From an uncultured Nitrospirota bacterium (GTDB taxonomy: Bacteria; Nitrospirota; Nitrospiria; SBBL01; SBBT01), in NCBI GenBank assembly GCA_964423845.1, contig CAYRGU010000045.1, positions 1 through 37,561 on the forward strand: DNA of 37,561 nt, written 5' to 3'. Positions within the stretch are counted from its first letter, which is position 1, and each line of letters begins with the position of its first letter. This document shows positions 8,971 to 17,558 of the stretch, in pieces. The notes beneath the pieces are model-generated. The model did no database searches. It was given only the letters and a program-made list of their open reading frames with translations, and was not told where the DNA came from. Position numbers and translations under genes: made by a program.

Positions 8971-10320
8971 ATGATTCGGATTTTTAACCGATATATTTCC
9001 CTCCGTAACTCTGTTTATCTGATTATTGAAAATATCCTGATTCTTACCTTCCTCCTTTGGGGGGCGGCTTCCGGCCACATTACTCCAGAAATAGCGTGGT
9101 TTTATCCCCTTGCCAGTCTTTTGATTTGCCAGTTTTCGCTTTACTGTAGTGACATTCACCTGCCGGTTCCACGGTTTTCGCTTCGTCGGTTTTTATGGGA
9201 TCACTTCCGCGTTATCATTTGGCCCATTCTGGCGCTTTTGTCGGTTTTTGTTCTTGTTTCATCTCCTACGCCTTGGCAGCCTTTACTCTGGCGGCTGATC
9301 CTTTTCCCTTTTCTGATCATTGGCTTACGGCTTGTCTATCAGGTGGTCACGGAAGTTCGCTACTGGGATACAACCGTCCTGATTATCGGATCCGCGCCCA
9401 TTGCCGGTCTCATTAAAAATATTTTATTTTATGATCGTAGTCTGGGCTATCGGGCGCTCCATTTTCGATGGGAACTCACGTCGCCAGATACCCTGGCTGA
9501 AGAGTGGCAGAGGCTTTCCCATGTTGTTGCCACGCATAAAATTAAGAAAATTTTAATTGCTCTCCAGGATCGGCGCGGCCAATTGCCCGTGGAATCACTC
9601 CTTAGTCTACGCGTACAGGGGGTTGAGGTGATCGACGCAGTCTCGTTTTATGAAAATCTGACAGGCCGCTTACTGGTCTCATCCATTCATCCAAGCAGTC
9701 TTATTTTTGGAGAAGGATTTTTCAGGCCCAGCCTCTTACGAACGTCGAAGCGATTGATCGATCTGTTCTTTTCCATCATCGGCATGATTGTGGGTATCCC
9801 TTTTTTTATTATTTTGCCGATTTTAATCAAAATGACTTCAAAAGGGCCGGTCATCTATTCTCAAGAGCGTGTTGGAGAAGGAGGAAAGCCATTTATGGTG
9901 ATGAAGTTTCGGTCGATGTATGAAGATGCCGAAGTTAAGAGCGGGCCGGTCTGGGCCTCTAAAAATGACCCACGGGTCACCCCGCTGGGGAGGGTCATGC
10001 GATCCCTTCGTTTTGATGAAATTCCACAGTTACTGAATGTCTTACGTGGAGAGATGAGCCTGGTTGGGCCTCGACCTGAACGCCCGAACTTTGTCGAGCG
10101 ATTAAGAAAAAAAATCCCTTATTACGCCCTTCGTTTTTCTGTGAAGCCGGGTGTCACCGGATGGGCCCAGGTGAAATATCAATACAGTTCAACCGAAAAA
10201 GAGTCGATGGAAAAATTGGAATATGACCTGTACTATGCCAAGCATCTTTCTTTGCTGTTTGATCTGACGATCCTTCTTGAAACCATTCGTGTTGTCTTCA
10301 CCCGTAAGGGAGCGTATTAA
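8971..10320 (+). CDS. Polyprenyl-phosphate sugar phosphotransferase (large 'bacterial sugar transferase', exopolysaccharide priming enzyme, WbaP/EpsB-like)
   Basis: C-terminal catalytic block KRLIDL..., GPVIYSQERVG, KFRSM, NDPRVTPLG, DEIPQL.NVL.GEMSLVGPRP. An N-terminal multi-TM region and a central Rossmann-like region are present. An MIRIFNRYIS start resembles PEP-CTERM-associated EpsB-type enzymes as I recall them, so I start at ATG 8971 rather than TTG 8965. Confidence 0.88.
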   Translation: MIRIFNRYISLRNSVYLIIENILILTFLLWGAASGHITPEIAWFYPLASLLICQFSLYCSDIHLPVPRFSLRRFLWDHFRVIIWPILALLSVFVLVSSPTPWQPLLWRLILFPFLIIGLRLVYQVVTEVRYWDTTVLIIGSAPIAGLIKNILFYDRSLGYRALHFRWELTSPDTLAEEWQRLSHVVATHKIKKILIALQDRRGQLPVESLLSLRVQGVEVIDAVSFYENLTGRLLVSSIHPSSLIFGEGFFRPSLLRTSKRLIDLFFSIIGMIVGIPFFIILPILIKMTSKGPVIYSQERVGEGGKPFMVMKFRSMYEDAEVKSGPVWASKNDPRVTPLGRVMRSLRFDEIPQLLNVLRGEMSLVGPRPERPNFVERLRKKIPYYALRFSVKPGVTGWAQVKYQYSSTEKESMEKLEYDLYYAKHLSLLFDLTILLETIRVVFTRKGAY

Positions 10321-10502
10321 CCGGCGATTGCTAAAAGATTGTTAAAATCGTGCCCTTTTCCATCTGTATTTTAAACAGTCTCTCCGTTTTATGTATTTTC
10401 AAGCAATCTGACCGTTAATCTCCGAAAAATCCCTCCCCGCTTTTCTTGCAATTCTTTACCTCGTTATGATGGAATGCTCTCTTTATTTTGGAGCCTGAAC
10501 CC

Positions 10503-11795
10503 ATGTCCGATTCATCCTCGCAGGATTACCTTCATCGGCTACAGTGGCACGGAATCCGTCCTGGGTTAGAGCGGATGTCACGTCTTTTATCCCTTCTGGG
10601 GCATCCCGAAAAACAATTCCGGTCTGTTCATGTTGCGGGCACCAACGGCAAGGGCTCAACGGCCGCCATGATTGCCTCGGTTTTGCAGGCTGCAGGCTAT
10701 CAGGTGGGGCTTTATACCTCCCCGCATTTGATTGATTTTTCTGAGCGGATTCGTATCAATGGTGTTCTTATTTTGAGCGAGGAGGTCATTCGCTTAACGG
10801 GCCGCTTAAAAACGATGATCGATGCGCATGCGGAAGATTTTTCGGAGACGCTGACCTTTTTTGAGTTTACGACTGCGCTGGCCTTTTTTTATTTTGCAGA
10901 GGCAAAGGTTTCCTGGGCTGTTGTGGAAGTGGGGCTCGGAGGGCGACTCGATGCCACCAATCTGCTCTCTCCAGAGGTGTGCGCGATTACCAATATTGGT
11001 CTGGATCATCAGGAATATCTTGGGGAAACCATCGCGGAAATTGCGAGTGAAAAAGCAGGCATTATCAAGTGGAAAACCCCTGTGGTGACCGCAGTCAGCC
11101 AACCTGCGGCCCTATCCGTCCTAATGGAACTGGCCGAGAAGCAACAGGCCCCACTGATTCGTGTGGGCAGTGACATTTTCGTGGAAGGGCCTTCTCCGGA
11201 AGATTTCTTGTATCGAGGCGAATGCACGTTACAGATTCACTGTCCACTTCTGGGGGCGCATCAGAGGATCAATAGCGCGGTGGCAATTGGTGTGATTGAG
11301 GCCCTTCAAAGGAAGGGTGTGGTGGTGTCGGATCAGGCCATTGTGGCCGGGATTGAAGGCGTGGTCTGGGAGGGGCGTTTGGAGGTTGTGCGTCGCGATC
11401 CCCTGGTTCTGCTGGATGGCGCGCACAATCCAGCGGGCGCGCGGGCTCTGGCCGACTTTCTGACGGGTGTAGATCCGGAGAGAGAGGGGCGACACTGGCT
11501 TGTTGTGGGCATCATGAAAGATAAAGACATCGCGGGCATTTTAGAGCCGCTTCTCCCTTGGGCGGATGATCTGGTCTTTACCCGCCCGAACGCGGAGCGT
11601 GCCGCAGATCCGCTCTTGCTGAAAATAGCTTCAAAGAGGCAGGGGGCGATTTATGATACCGTCTCACAGGCCATCGAGGGGGTTGAATCCACCCTGGGTC
11701 CGCGCGATACCGTGGTGATGACCGGTTCCCTCTATCTGGTGGGAGAGGCGAAGGCGATTTATTCAGGCCTGGCACCCTCTCCCCTTCGGGGATGA
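10503..11795 (+). CDS. folC: Bifunctional folylpolyglutamate synthase / dihydrofolate synthase
   Basis: P-loop HVAGTNGKGST, a Mur-ligase-like central domain and DGAHNP motif. The track starts at TTG 10488; ATG 10503 has GGAG 9 nt upstream. Confidence 0.9.
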   Translation: MSDSSSQDYLHRLQWHGIRPGLERMSRLLSLLGHPEKQFRSVHVAGTNGKGSTAAMIASVLQAAGYQVGLYTSPHLIDFSERIRINGVLILSEEVIRLTGRLKTMIDAHAEDFSETLTFFEFTTALAFFYFAEAKVSWAVVEVGLGGRLDATNLLSPEVCAITNIGLDHQEYLGETIAEIASEKAGIIKWKTPVVTAVSQPAALSVLMELAEKQQAPLIRVGSDIFVEGPSPEDFLYRGECTLQIHCPLLGAHQRINSAVAIGVIEALQRKGVVVSDQAIVAGIEGVVWEGRLEVVRRDPLVLLDGAHNPAGARALADFLTGVDPEREGRHWLVVGIMKDKDIAGILEPLLPWADDLVFTRPNAERAADPLLLKIASKRQGAIYDTVSQAIEGVESTLGPRDTVVMTGSLYLVGEAKAIYSGLAPSPLRG

Positions 11796-13978
11796 TGGGA
11801 CGACGTCTGCTTCTCTTCTCATATTTTCTCTCCTATTGTGTCGTGGTGCTGATGATCTTGGCGTCTGCGGCCCTGGCAGAGGTCGTGCCCCGGGCTTTGG
11901 CACCCACGGCATCCTCTGATTCTCCCATCCGCTTATCTGCGGACCGGATCGAATATTTGAAAATGGAGGACGTCTATCGGGCAGACGGCGGTGTTCTGGT
12001 GTTCTGGGAATCCATGAAGATTCAGTCGAATTCCGCGCTATTGATGAATAAGACCCGCCGGCTGATCGTTGAGGGAGACATTCATGTCACCGAAGACCGT
12101 GGAGAGGTCAAGGCGTTGAGAATGGAGATTAATCTCGATACGAAACTCGGTGTTTTAGAGCAGGGGAGTCTCTTTATTCGAGAGGAAAATATGTCTATTG
12201 AGGGACGTGAGATGAAACGGTTTGAAGCAAACCGGTATGCCTTCCATGAGGCCTCGATGACCCCTTGCGACTGCCCGGACCCTGACTGGCATCTCCGCGC
12301 CGGGGAGGCGCATCTGACCCTTGATGAAACCCTGGTGGCGCGTGATGTCACCTTTTATGCGGGTGAGGTGCCTGTTATCTACCTCCCTTATCTGATTGTG
12401 CCGATGCGACGTCAGACGGGTTTGCTGACGCCGCGTTTAGGGTATAGTTCGCGATATGGATTTAAAATCAGCCAGCCGATTTTCTGGGCCATCTCTTCAA
12501 GCCAGGACGCCACGTTTGTTCTGAATCATCGGGGTCAGAAGGGGAATGGCATTGACACAGAGTATCGCTATGTTTTTTCGAACAGATCGCGCGGGAAATG
12601 GGAGGCCAATTATTTCCATGACGAGGAAAAGCAAGTCGGACGTTGGGATATTCGATACAACCATGCGCAGCGCTTTAGCGATCGGGTCACGAGCAAGCTT
12701 GACCTTCGGTATATCAATCAACAGGACACTGTTCTGGAACTTTCAGAACAGATCCTGGACCGGTCTCAACAGAACATCGAATCGAACGTGATTGTCGCCT
12801 TCCGAGGAGAGGCCTCGTTCGCCTATCTTTTGGGACGCTATACGCTTGATCTGACCCGACCGAATAATGATACCACGCTTCAACGGGTCCCAGAGTTGGG
12901 GTGGACTCTTCAGGAATATCGCCTGGGGAAGACGCCCCTGTTTCTGAATGTGGAGTCGACGGCTGTTTATTTCTGGAGCGCCAAGGGAGTGAGAACAGAG
13001 CGAATCGATTATTACCCAAGACTGTCCTGGCCCATTTCCACCAGAGGGGGGCTTACACTGGTTCCCTGGCTGGGATTTCGAGAGACCTGGTATCACCCAC
13101 AGCCCACGCAGGGCTCGCAGCCCACGCAGGCGGGCGATTGGCTCAAAAGAGAAATTCTTCCTGCGGGAATCAATTTACAGGGGCGGTTCTCCGGGTCTTT
13201 TGATGGGGGAATGGTTTCTACGGTTCCGATTTTGATGTATGAGTCGATCGCGGTTTCCCCGCCCACGCAGGGCTCGCCGCCCACGCAGGGCTCGCAGACC
13301 TCGGGGCTCCCTCAACTTGATGATCTGGATACCCTGGCGGACCGACAGAGCCTCACCTTTTCTATCACACAGCGTTTTTTTGACCACCCACTTCACGGAC
13401 CTGCCACAGAGCGGCTCTCTCTCCGTCTGACGGAGAGCTACAATATACAGGAACCCCTGTCGGGCCCCGGCGCCAATACAGGGCGATCTCCTTATTCCGA
13501 TCTGCGGGGGGAGTGGAAATTTAAGCCGGCCTCTTTTGTTTCTGTCGATCTGGATTCCTTTTATAACTTCCGGGATCACCGGATGAGCGCGTTGAACACG
13601 GATGTTAAGATTTCTCCGCCCTCTTTTTTAACCTTCTCGCTCGGCCAGAGATTTTCCCGAGCCGGTTTTATCCCCAAACGGGGAGATCGGTTTAATCCGC
13701 TCTACATTGGAGAGGTGGAGGCGGTTGCAAGAACACAATTCTGGACGGGGCGTTTGATGATCAAAACGCCTTGGAAGGTCGATCTGGCGTATCGGGGTTA
13801 CTATGATGCGGATCAGGACCGTTTCGTCGAGCAGGACTATGGCCTGCGATATCAACGGCAATGTTGGGATCTGACGCTCACCTATCTTGACCTGCACGAT
13901 CGACAGGAAGTGACTTTCTCGCTAAATTTAAAGGGGCTGGGGGGGGTGGCCTCACGAAAGTGGATGACGCTTTTTTAG
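11792..13978 (+). CDS. lptD: LPS-assembly outer-membrane protein LptD (OstA family)
   Basis: Signal/TM-like N-terminus, then an OstA-like N-domain (IRLSADRIEY...). The GEVPVIYLPYL..P..RQTGLLTPRLGYSS..GF....PIFWAISSSQDATF block is typical of LptD, followed by a long beta-barrel-like C-terminus ending in F. Start overlaps the folC stop (ATGA). Confidence 0.85.
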   Translation: MMGRRLLLFSYFLSYCVVVLMILASAALAEVVPRALAPTASSDSPIRLSADRIEYLKMEDVYRADGGVLVFWESMKIQSNSALLMNKTRRLIVEGDIHVTEDRGEVKALRMEINLDTKLGVLEQGSLFIREENMSIEGREMKRFEANRYAFHEASMTPCDCPDPDWHLRAGEAHLTLDETLVARDVTFYAGEVPVIYLPYLIVPMRRQTGLLTPRLGYSSRYGFKISQPIFWAISSSQDATFVLNHRGQKGNGIDTEYRYVFSNRSRGKWEANYFHDEEKQVGRWDIRYNHAQRFSDRVTSKLDLRYINQQDTVLELSEQILDRSQQNIESNVIVAFRGEASFAYLLGRYTLDLTRPNNDTTLQRVPELGWTLQEYRLGKTPLFLNVESTAVYFWSAKGVRTERIDYYPRLSWPISTRGGLTLVPWLGFRETWYHPQPTQGSQPTQAGDWLKREILPAGINLQGRFSGSFDGGMVSTVPILMYESIAVSPPTQGSPPTQGSQTSGLPQLDDLDTLADRQSLTFSITQRFFDHPLHGPATERLSLRLTESYNIQEPLSGPGANTGRSPYSDLRGEWKFKPASFVSVDLDSFYNFRDHRMSALNTDVKISPPSFLTFSLGQRFSRAGFIPKRGDRFNPLYIGEVEAVARTQFWTGRLMIKTPWKVDLAYRGYYDADQDRFVEQDYGLRYQRQCWDLTLTYLDLHDRQEVTFSLNLKGLGGVASRKWMTLF
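13103..13130 (+). repeat. In-frame 18-bp repeat block A inside lptD (PTQGSQ-PTQ)
   Basis: cccacgcagggctcgcag cccacgcagg. On the minus strand it reads as 9-mers CTGCGTGGG / CTGCGAGCC. Confidence 0.9.
13262..13297 (+). repeat. In-frame 18-bp repeat block B inside lptD (PTQGSP-PTQGSQ)
   Basis: cccacgcagggctcgccg cccacgcagggctcgcag, two full 18-bp units. It starts 159 bp (53 codons) after block A. Confidence 0.9.
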
Positions 13979-14007
13979 CCGGCTGTTTACGACCCCGTCC
14001 GCCGCGT

Positions 14008-14036
14008 TTGACAGTCTTTTTAGGAACGTGTTAGAT
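14008..14036 (+). promoter_or_regulatory. Possible promoter for tRNA-Lys
   Basis: TTGACA (14008-14013), a 17-nt spacer, then TTAGAT (14031-14036), about 37 nt upstream of the tRNA 5' end. Confidence 0.35.
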
Positions 14037-14072
14037 ATGGCCCCCGCAGAAATCAAATTCCATCCTCACTCC

Positions 14073-14145
14073 GGGCCGCTAGCTCAGTTGGTAGAGCACC
14101 GCCCTTTTAAGGCGGGTGTCCCGGGTTCGAATCCCGGGCGGCTCA
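14073..14145 (+). tRNA. tRNA-Lys (anticodon UUU)
   Basis: Hand-folded 73-nt cloverleaf. Acceptor GGGCCGC/GCGGCTC (one G-U). D arm GCTC-AGTTGGTA-GAGC. Anticodon arm CCGCC-CTTTTAA-GGCGG. T arm CCGGG-TTCGAAT-CCCGG. Discriminator A. CCA is not encoded. Confidence 0.92.
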
Positions 14146-14173
14146 CCCCTATCTTAAAACGACCGATTCTTGG

Positions 14174-14202
14174 TAGAAATCAAATGGGGCGAAAGGTATA
14201 AT
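14174..14202 (+). promoter_or_regulatory. Possible promoter for the FecR-like/HK/RR operon
   Basis: Perfect TATAAT at 14197-14202, with TAGAAA (14174-14179) 17 nt upstream. Confidence 0.35.
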
Positions 14203-14240
14203 CGTAATATTTGGTGTCCATGGATATTTACGGGGAGTCT

Positions 14241-15617
14241 ATGACCGAAGAGAAGAGGCGTTCGCGGAACCCGGTTCCACAGGAAATGAGGGATGTCCCC
14301 GAGCAGTTTTTTAAAAAACGGAGGAGAAGGCTTCATAATTTATGGATTGAAATTTTTCTTACCTTGGCAGGTATTGGGGTTTGTCTTGCTGTTTTCCTGT
14401 TTGGTTTAAGCCAGGTCTTCCCTCATTTTAGTCTTGTCAACAGTTGGTTTAATGACGCGGGTCCCTCGGTTGCAGGGGGGGGCGAAAATCAGAACGCTGG
14501 ATCAGTGCCTGTCCTATCGGAGGGACAGTCGGCGGTCATTGCCCATCTCACGGCGATTCAGAATGATGTCAAAAGCAAACGGGATGGCGAGGTTGTCTGG
14601 TCGCGCGCCCAGGAGGGGCTAAAGCTCTATGGCCGGGATGCGATTCGCACGCTCTCTCGCTCCAATGCAGTGGTTACTTTCGACGATCATAACTCCCTCG
14701 ATATCGGGGAGAACTCTCTTGTTTTACTGAAATATCATGGGTATGACTCCAAGCAGGGGATTCAGAAATCGCTCATGGAGCTCGTTGACGGACAGGTCAG
14801 AAGCCAGATTGACGGGGATCATGAGGCCAAAGTGGGAATGGAAATTATCACGCCATCCGCTTTGACGGAGATCCATTCCGACGGGGGGGATCACCAGAAG
14901 GCAGATGTTCAGGTTCACGTTAAACCGGACCAGTCTGCGGCAGTGATGGTGTACGCGGGAAGGGCGAAGGTGACGGCCCAGGGGGTGACCATTGATGTGG
15001 CGCGCAACCGGGTGGCCCATATTCCTGTGGGGCGGCCTCCCCAGCCGCCGCAGGGACTCCCAGGGCTGCTGACGGCCCTCTCTCCGGAAGAAGGGGGGAT
15101 CTATTTTTATAGAGAGGGGCCTCCAGAGGTGGCCTTTTCCTGGTCTCCTTCCGATGCGAAGATGTCTTATCACCTTCAGGTGTCCTCCGCGTCGGGTTTT
15201 AAGAATCGCCTTTTGGATGAAAAGGTTCCTGTCGCGGCCTTTTCATCTCGCGCGCTCAAGGAGGGGAGATACTTTTGGCGAGTCGCGGCGGTTGATGCCG
15301 AGGGGATTGAAGGGGGATGGAGTGTGGTGAGGAGCTTGGAGGTGGTCAGAAGCGGTGTTTTTGCCGTTCTCCGCCTCTACGCGCCGAAAGACGGCCAGGT
15401 GGTTTTTCAGGAGACGGTCCTTGTGGAGGGAGAAACCGATCCTCGATCGGAGGTTTACCTGAATGGCAAGGCGATCCCTGTGAGTGATGTGGGGTATTTC
15501 AGGAAGGAGATTCTGTTAAAAATCGGGGACAATGAGGTGCAAGTGGAATCGGTGAATCAGGCAGGCGCCGCGAGCTTTCAGCGCCGCATGGTGAGGCGTC
15601 AGCGTTTCAAACCCTGA
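14241..15617 (+). CDS. FecR-domain membrane-anchored protein with C-terminal Ig/FN3-like repeats
   Basis: Track ORF 14211..15617. One TM (IEIFLTLAGIGVCLAVFLFGL), then a FecR-like segment (GEVVWSRAQEGLKLYGRDAIRTLSRSNAVVTFDDHNSLDIGENSLVLL). YHLQVSSASGF...GRYFWRVAAVDAEG...W is an FN3-like pattern. ATG 14241 has GGGGAG 5 nt upstream. Confidence 0.7.
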   Translation: MTEEKRRSRNPVPQEMRDVPEQFFKKRRRRLHNLWIEIFLTLAGIGVCLAVFLFGLSQVFPHFSLVNSWFNDAGPSVAGGGENQNAGSVPVLSEGQSAVIAHLTAIQNDVKSKRDGEVVWSRAQEGLKLYGRDAIRTLSRSNAVVTFDDHNSLDIGENSLVLLKYHGYDSKQGIQKSLMELVDGQVRSQIDGDHEAKVGMEIITPSALTEIHSDGGDHQKADVQVHVKPDQSAAVMVYAGRAKVTAQGVTIDVARNRVAHIPVGRPPQPPQGLPGLLTALSPEEGGIYFYREGPPEVAFSWSPSDAKMSYHLQVSSASGFKNRLLDEKVPVAAFSSRALKEGRYFWRVAAVDAEGIEGGWSVVRSLEVVRSGVFAVLRLYAPKDGQVVFQETVLVEGETDPRSEVYLNGKAIPVSDVGYFRKEILLKIGDNEVQVESVNQAGAASFQRRMVRRQRFKP

Positions 15618-15638
15618 CAGAAATTTGTTCATTTTTAA

Positions 15639-17513
15639 GTGAAAAGAGCCTTTTTGATGCGTGATATTCCCAGACATTTTTTTTGGTTCCCAATCCGTTT
15701 AAAGCTGTTGTTTACCATGTTGTTGGTGGTGACCATCGCGGTGAGTGTCATCACGGTGACGATGGGAACCATTTTCAAGAAGGATAAAACGACTTATGTC
15801 CTGGATCTGACCTCGACGATGGCCCTTCACATTGCGGAAGAGACCGAGACGACCCTGCAGTTTTATCAGGAGCAGTTAAGGGTTTTCTCCCGTTTGCTTC
15901 TTGCGGAGGAGATTCTTGAAGCCAAGAGAGAGGAGTGGATCCGTCAGTTTTTTTCGGATTATCAGGATTTTCTGTCTGTTTCTTTGAGTGATCAGGCTGG
16001 AAAAGAACGTATTGTTGTCTACGATACCGCTAAATTCAGTGAGGTGGGGCTTGACAAGGAAGAAGTAGAAAAACACCGACGACCCGTCTCAATCGGAAAG
16101 TTAAAAATGGGAGAAATCCTGGTTAGAAATTCAAATCTCTCCCCAAAACTCCCCTCTTTTACCATGACGTTCCCAATGATCTACAAGGGGGAATCCCTTA
16201 TTCTTTCTGCGGAGATTTACTTAAGAAAGCTTCTTCGGCTTGGACATAAACCCAAGGGATTTGAAGTCTTTTGGGTGGATCGGGAGGGGAACCTGTTGAA
16301 GACGCCTCACCTTGGATCAGGCCCAAAAGTTGAGAATGTTCTGATGATCCCGATGGTGGGGGCTTTTCTGGAGGGGAAGACGTTGGCCGGGGCGATGGAG
16401 TATTCTCTTTCTGGGCACCCCTACCTGGGGGCTTACGCGCCGGTTGAATCGGGGCACCTGGGGGTGATGGTGCAGGCCCCCCAGGAGGTTGCCTATTTAA
16501 CGGCCAGGGAATTGATTGAGACGTTGGTCCTGGTCTCCCTGGGGGTGCTTGTTTTTTCCGCTGTCGTGAGCTTTATTCTGGCGAGAAGTATTACCCGTCC
16601 GATTCAGAAGCTTGCCCAGGTGATTCCCGCTGTGGCGGCGGGGAATTTTGATGTCTATCTGGAGGTAAAAAGCCGGGATGAAATCGGGTTTTTGGCTGTT
16701 TCCATGAATCAAATGGCCGATGAGCTTAAAAAGAGAGAAGATAGATTGAAATTGGCCAGTGCTGCCCTCCTGCAGTCCGAGAAGATGGCGGCCTTTGGAC
16801 AATTGGCAACAGGGGTGGCCCATGAGTTAAGGAACCCTCTGGCGGGGGTCCTGGGCTATGCCCAGTTGGCCTTGAAAAAGGTGGGCCAGGAGGGGCCCAT
16901 ACGGGCGCAATTGTCCATTATTGAGGGGGGCGTGAAGCGGTGCTTGTCAATTATTGAACGATTGATGAAATTTGCGCGTCAGGAGAAAGTTGATTTCTCT
17001 GCCATTGATTTAAATCTCCTCGTTGAGGAGACCATTACACTGGTGGCTCACCTCATGGTGAGCAACGGCGTCGTGATCGAGAAGGCCCTTTCTTCTCCCT
17101 TGCCAAAAATGAATGGGAATGCCAATGAGATCATGCAAGTGGTGATGAACCTAATGATGAACGCGCAGCAGGCCATGCCAGAGGGGGGTGTCATCAAAGT
17201 GGCCACGCTGTTTAAGGAGGATCATATCGAGTTTCTTGTCACGGATAGCGGGACCGGTATTCCAAAGGATCTTCACCAGAAGATTTTTGAGCCTTTTTTT
17301 ACAACGAAACAGGCTGGGAAGGGGACAGGGATGGGGCTCTCGGTCTCTTATGGGATCGTACAGGAACATCAGGGGAAAATTCACGTCGAAAGTGAGGTGG
17401 GTCAAGGGACCACTTTTACTGTAACTTTCCCCATTTTAGGGGTTGGTATTCCTGAAATCAGCCAGGCTTTTGCCGGCGATACAGAGGCTTTGGAGCATAA
17501 AACAAACGCTTGA
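15639..17513 (+). CDS. Sensor histidine kinase (extracytoplasmic sensor domain, HAMP, HisKA, HATPase_c)
   Basis: Two TM segments flank a sensor domain of about 270 aa. HAMP is ITRPIQKLAQVI....GNFDV.LEVKSRDEIGFLAVSMNQMADEL. H-box is GVAHELRNPL. N-box is NLMMNAQQA. G-boxes are DSGTGIP and GKGTGMGLSVS. ATG 15657 is an alternative start. Confidence 0.9.
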   Translation: MKRAFLMRDIPRHFFWFPIRLKLLFTMLLVVTIAVSVITVTMGTIFKKDKTTYVLDLTSTMALHIAEETETTLQFYQEQLRVFSRLLLAEEILEAKREEWIRQFFSDYQDFLSVSLSDQAGKERIVVYDTAKFSEVGLDKEEVEKHRRPVSIGKLKMGEILVRNSNLSPKLPSFTMTFPMIYKGESLILSAEIYLRKLLRLGHKPKGFEVFWVDREGNLLKTPHLGSGPKVENVLMIPMVGAFLEGKTLAGAMEYSLSGHPYLGAYAPVESGHLGVMVQAPQEVAYLTARELIETLVLVSLGVLVFSAVVSFILARSITRPIQKLAQVIPAVAAGNFDVYLEVKSRDEIGFLAVSMNQMADELKKREDRLKLASAALLQSEKMAAFGQLATGVAHELRNPLAGVLGYAQLALKKVGQEGPIRAQLSIIEGGVKRCLSIIERLMKFARQEKVDFSAIDLNLLVEETITLVAHLMVSNGVVIEKALSSPLPKMNGNANEIMQVVMNLMMNAQQAMPEGGVIKVATLFKEDHIEFLVTDSGTGIPKDLHQKIFEPFFTTKQAGKGTGMGLSVSYGIVQEHQGKIHVESEVGQGTTFTVTFPILGVGIPEISQAFAGDTEALEHKTNA

Positions 17514-17558
17514 TGGCAAGGAGGGATTGATCGGTGCGCTGGGAGAAGGAGTGATGCG

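Noticed and set aside
8854-9159. 101-aa minus-strand ORF across the intergenic region and the sugar-transferase 5' end
   Set aside because: It overlaps the N-terminal TM region of the sugar transferase on the opposite strand. It has no RBS or motif and a low-complexity translation.
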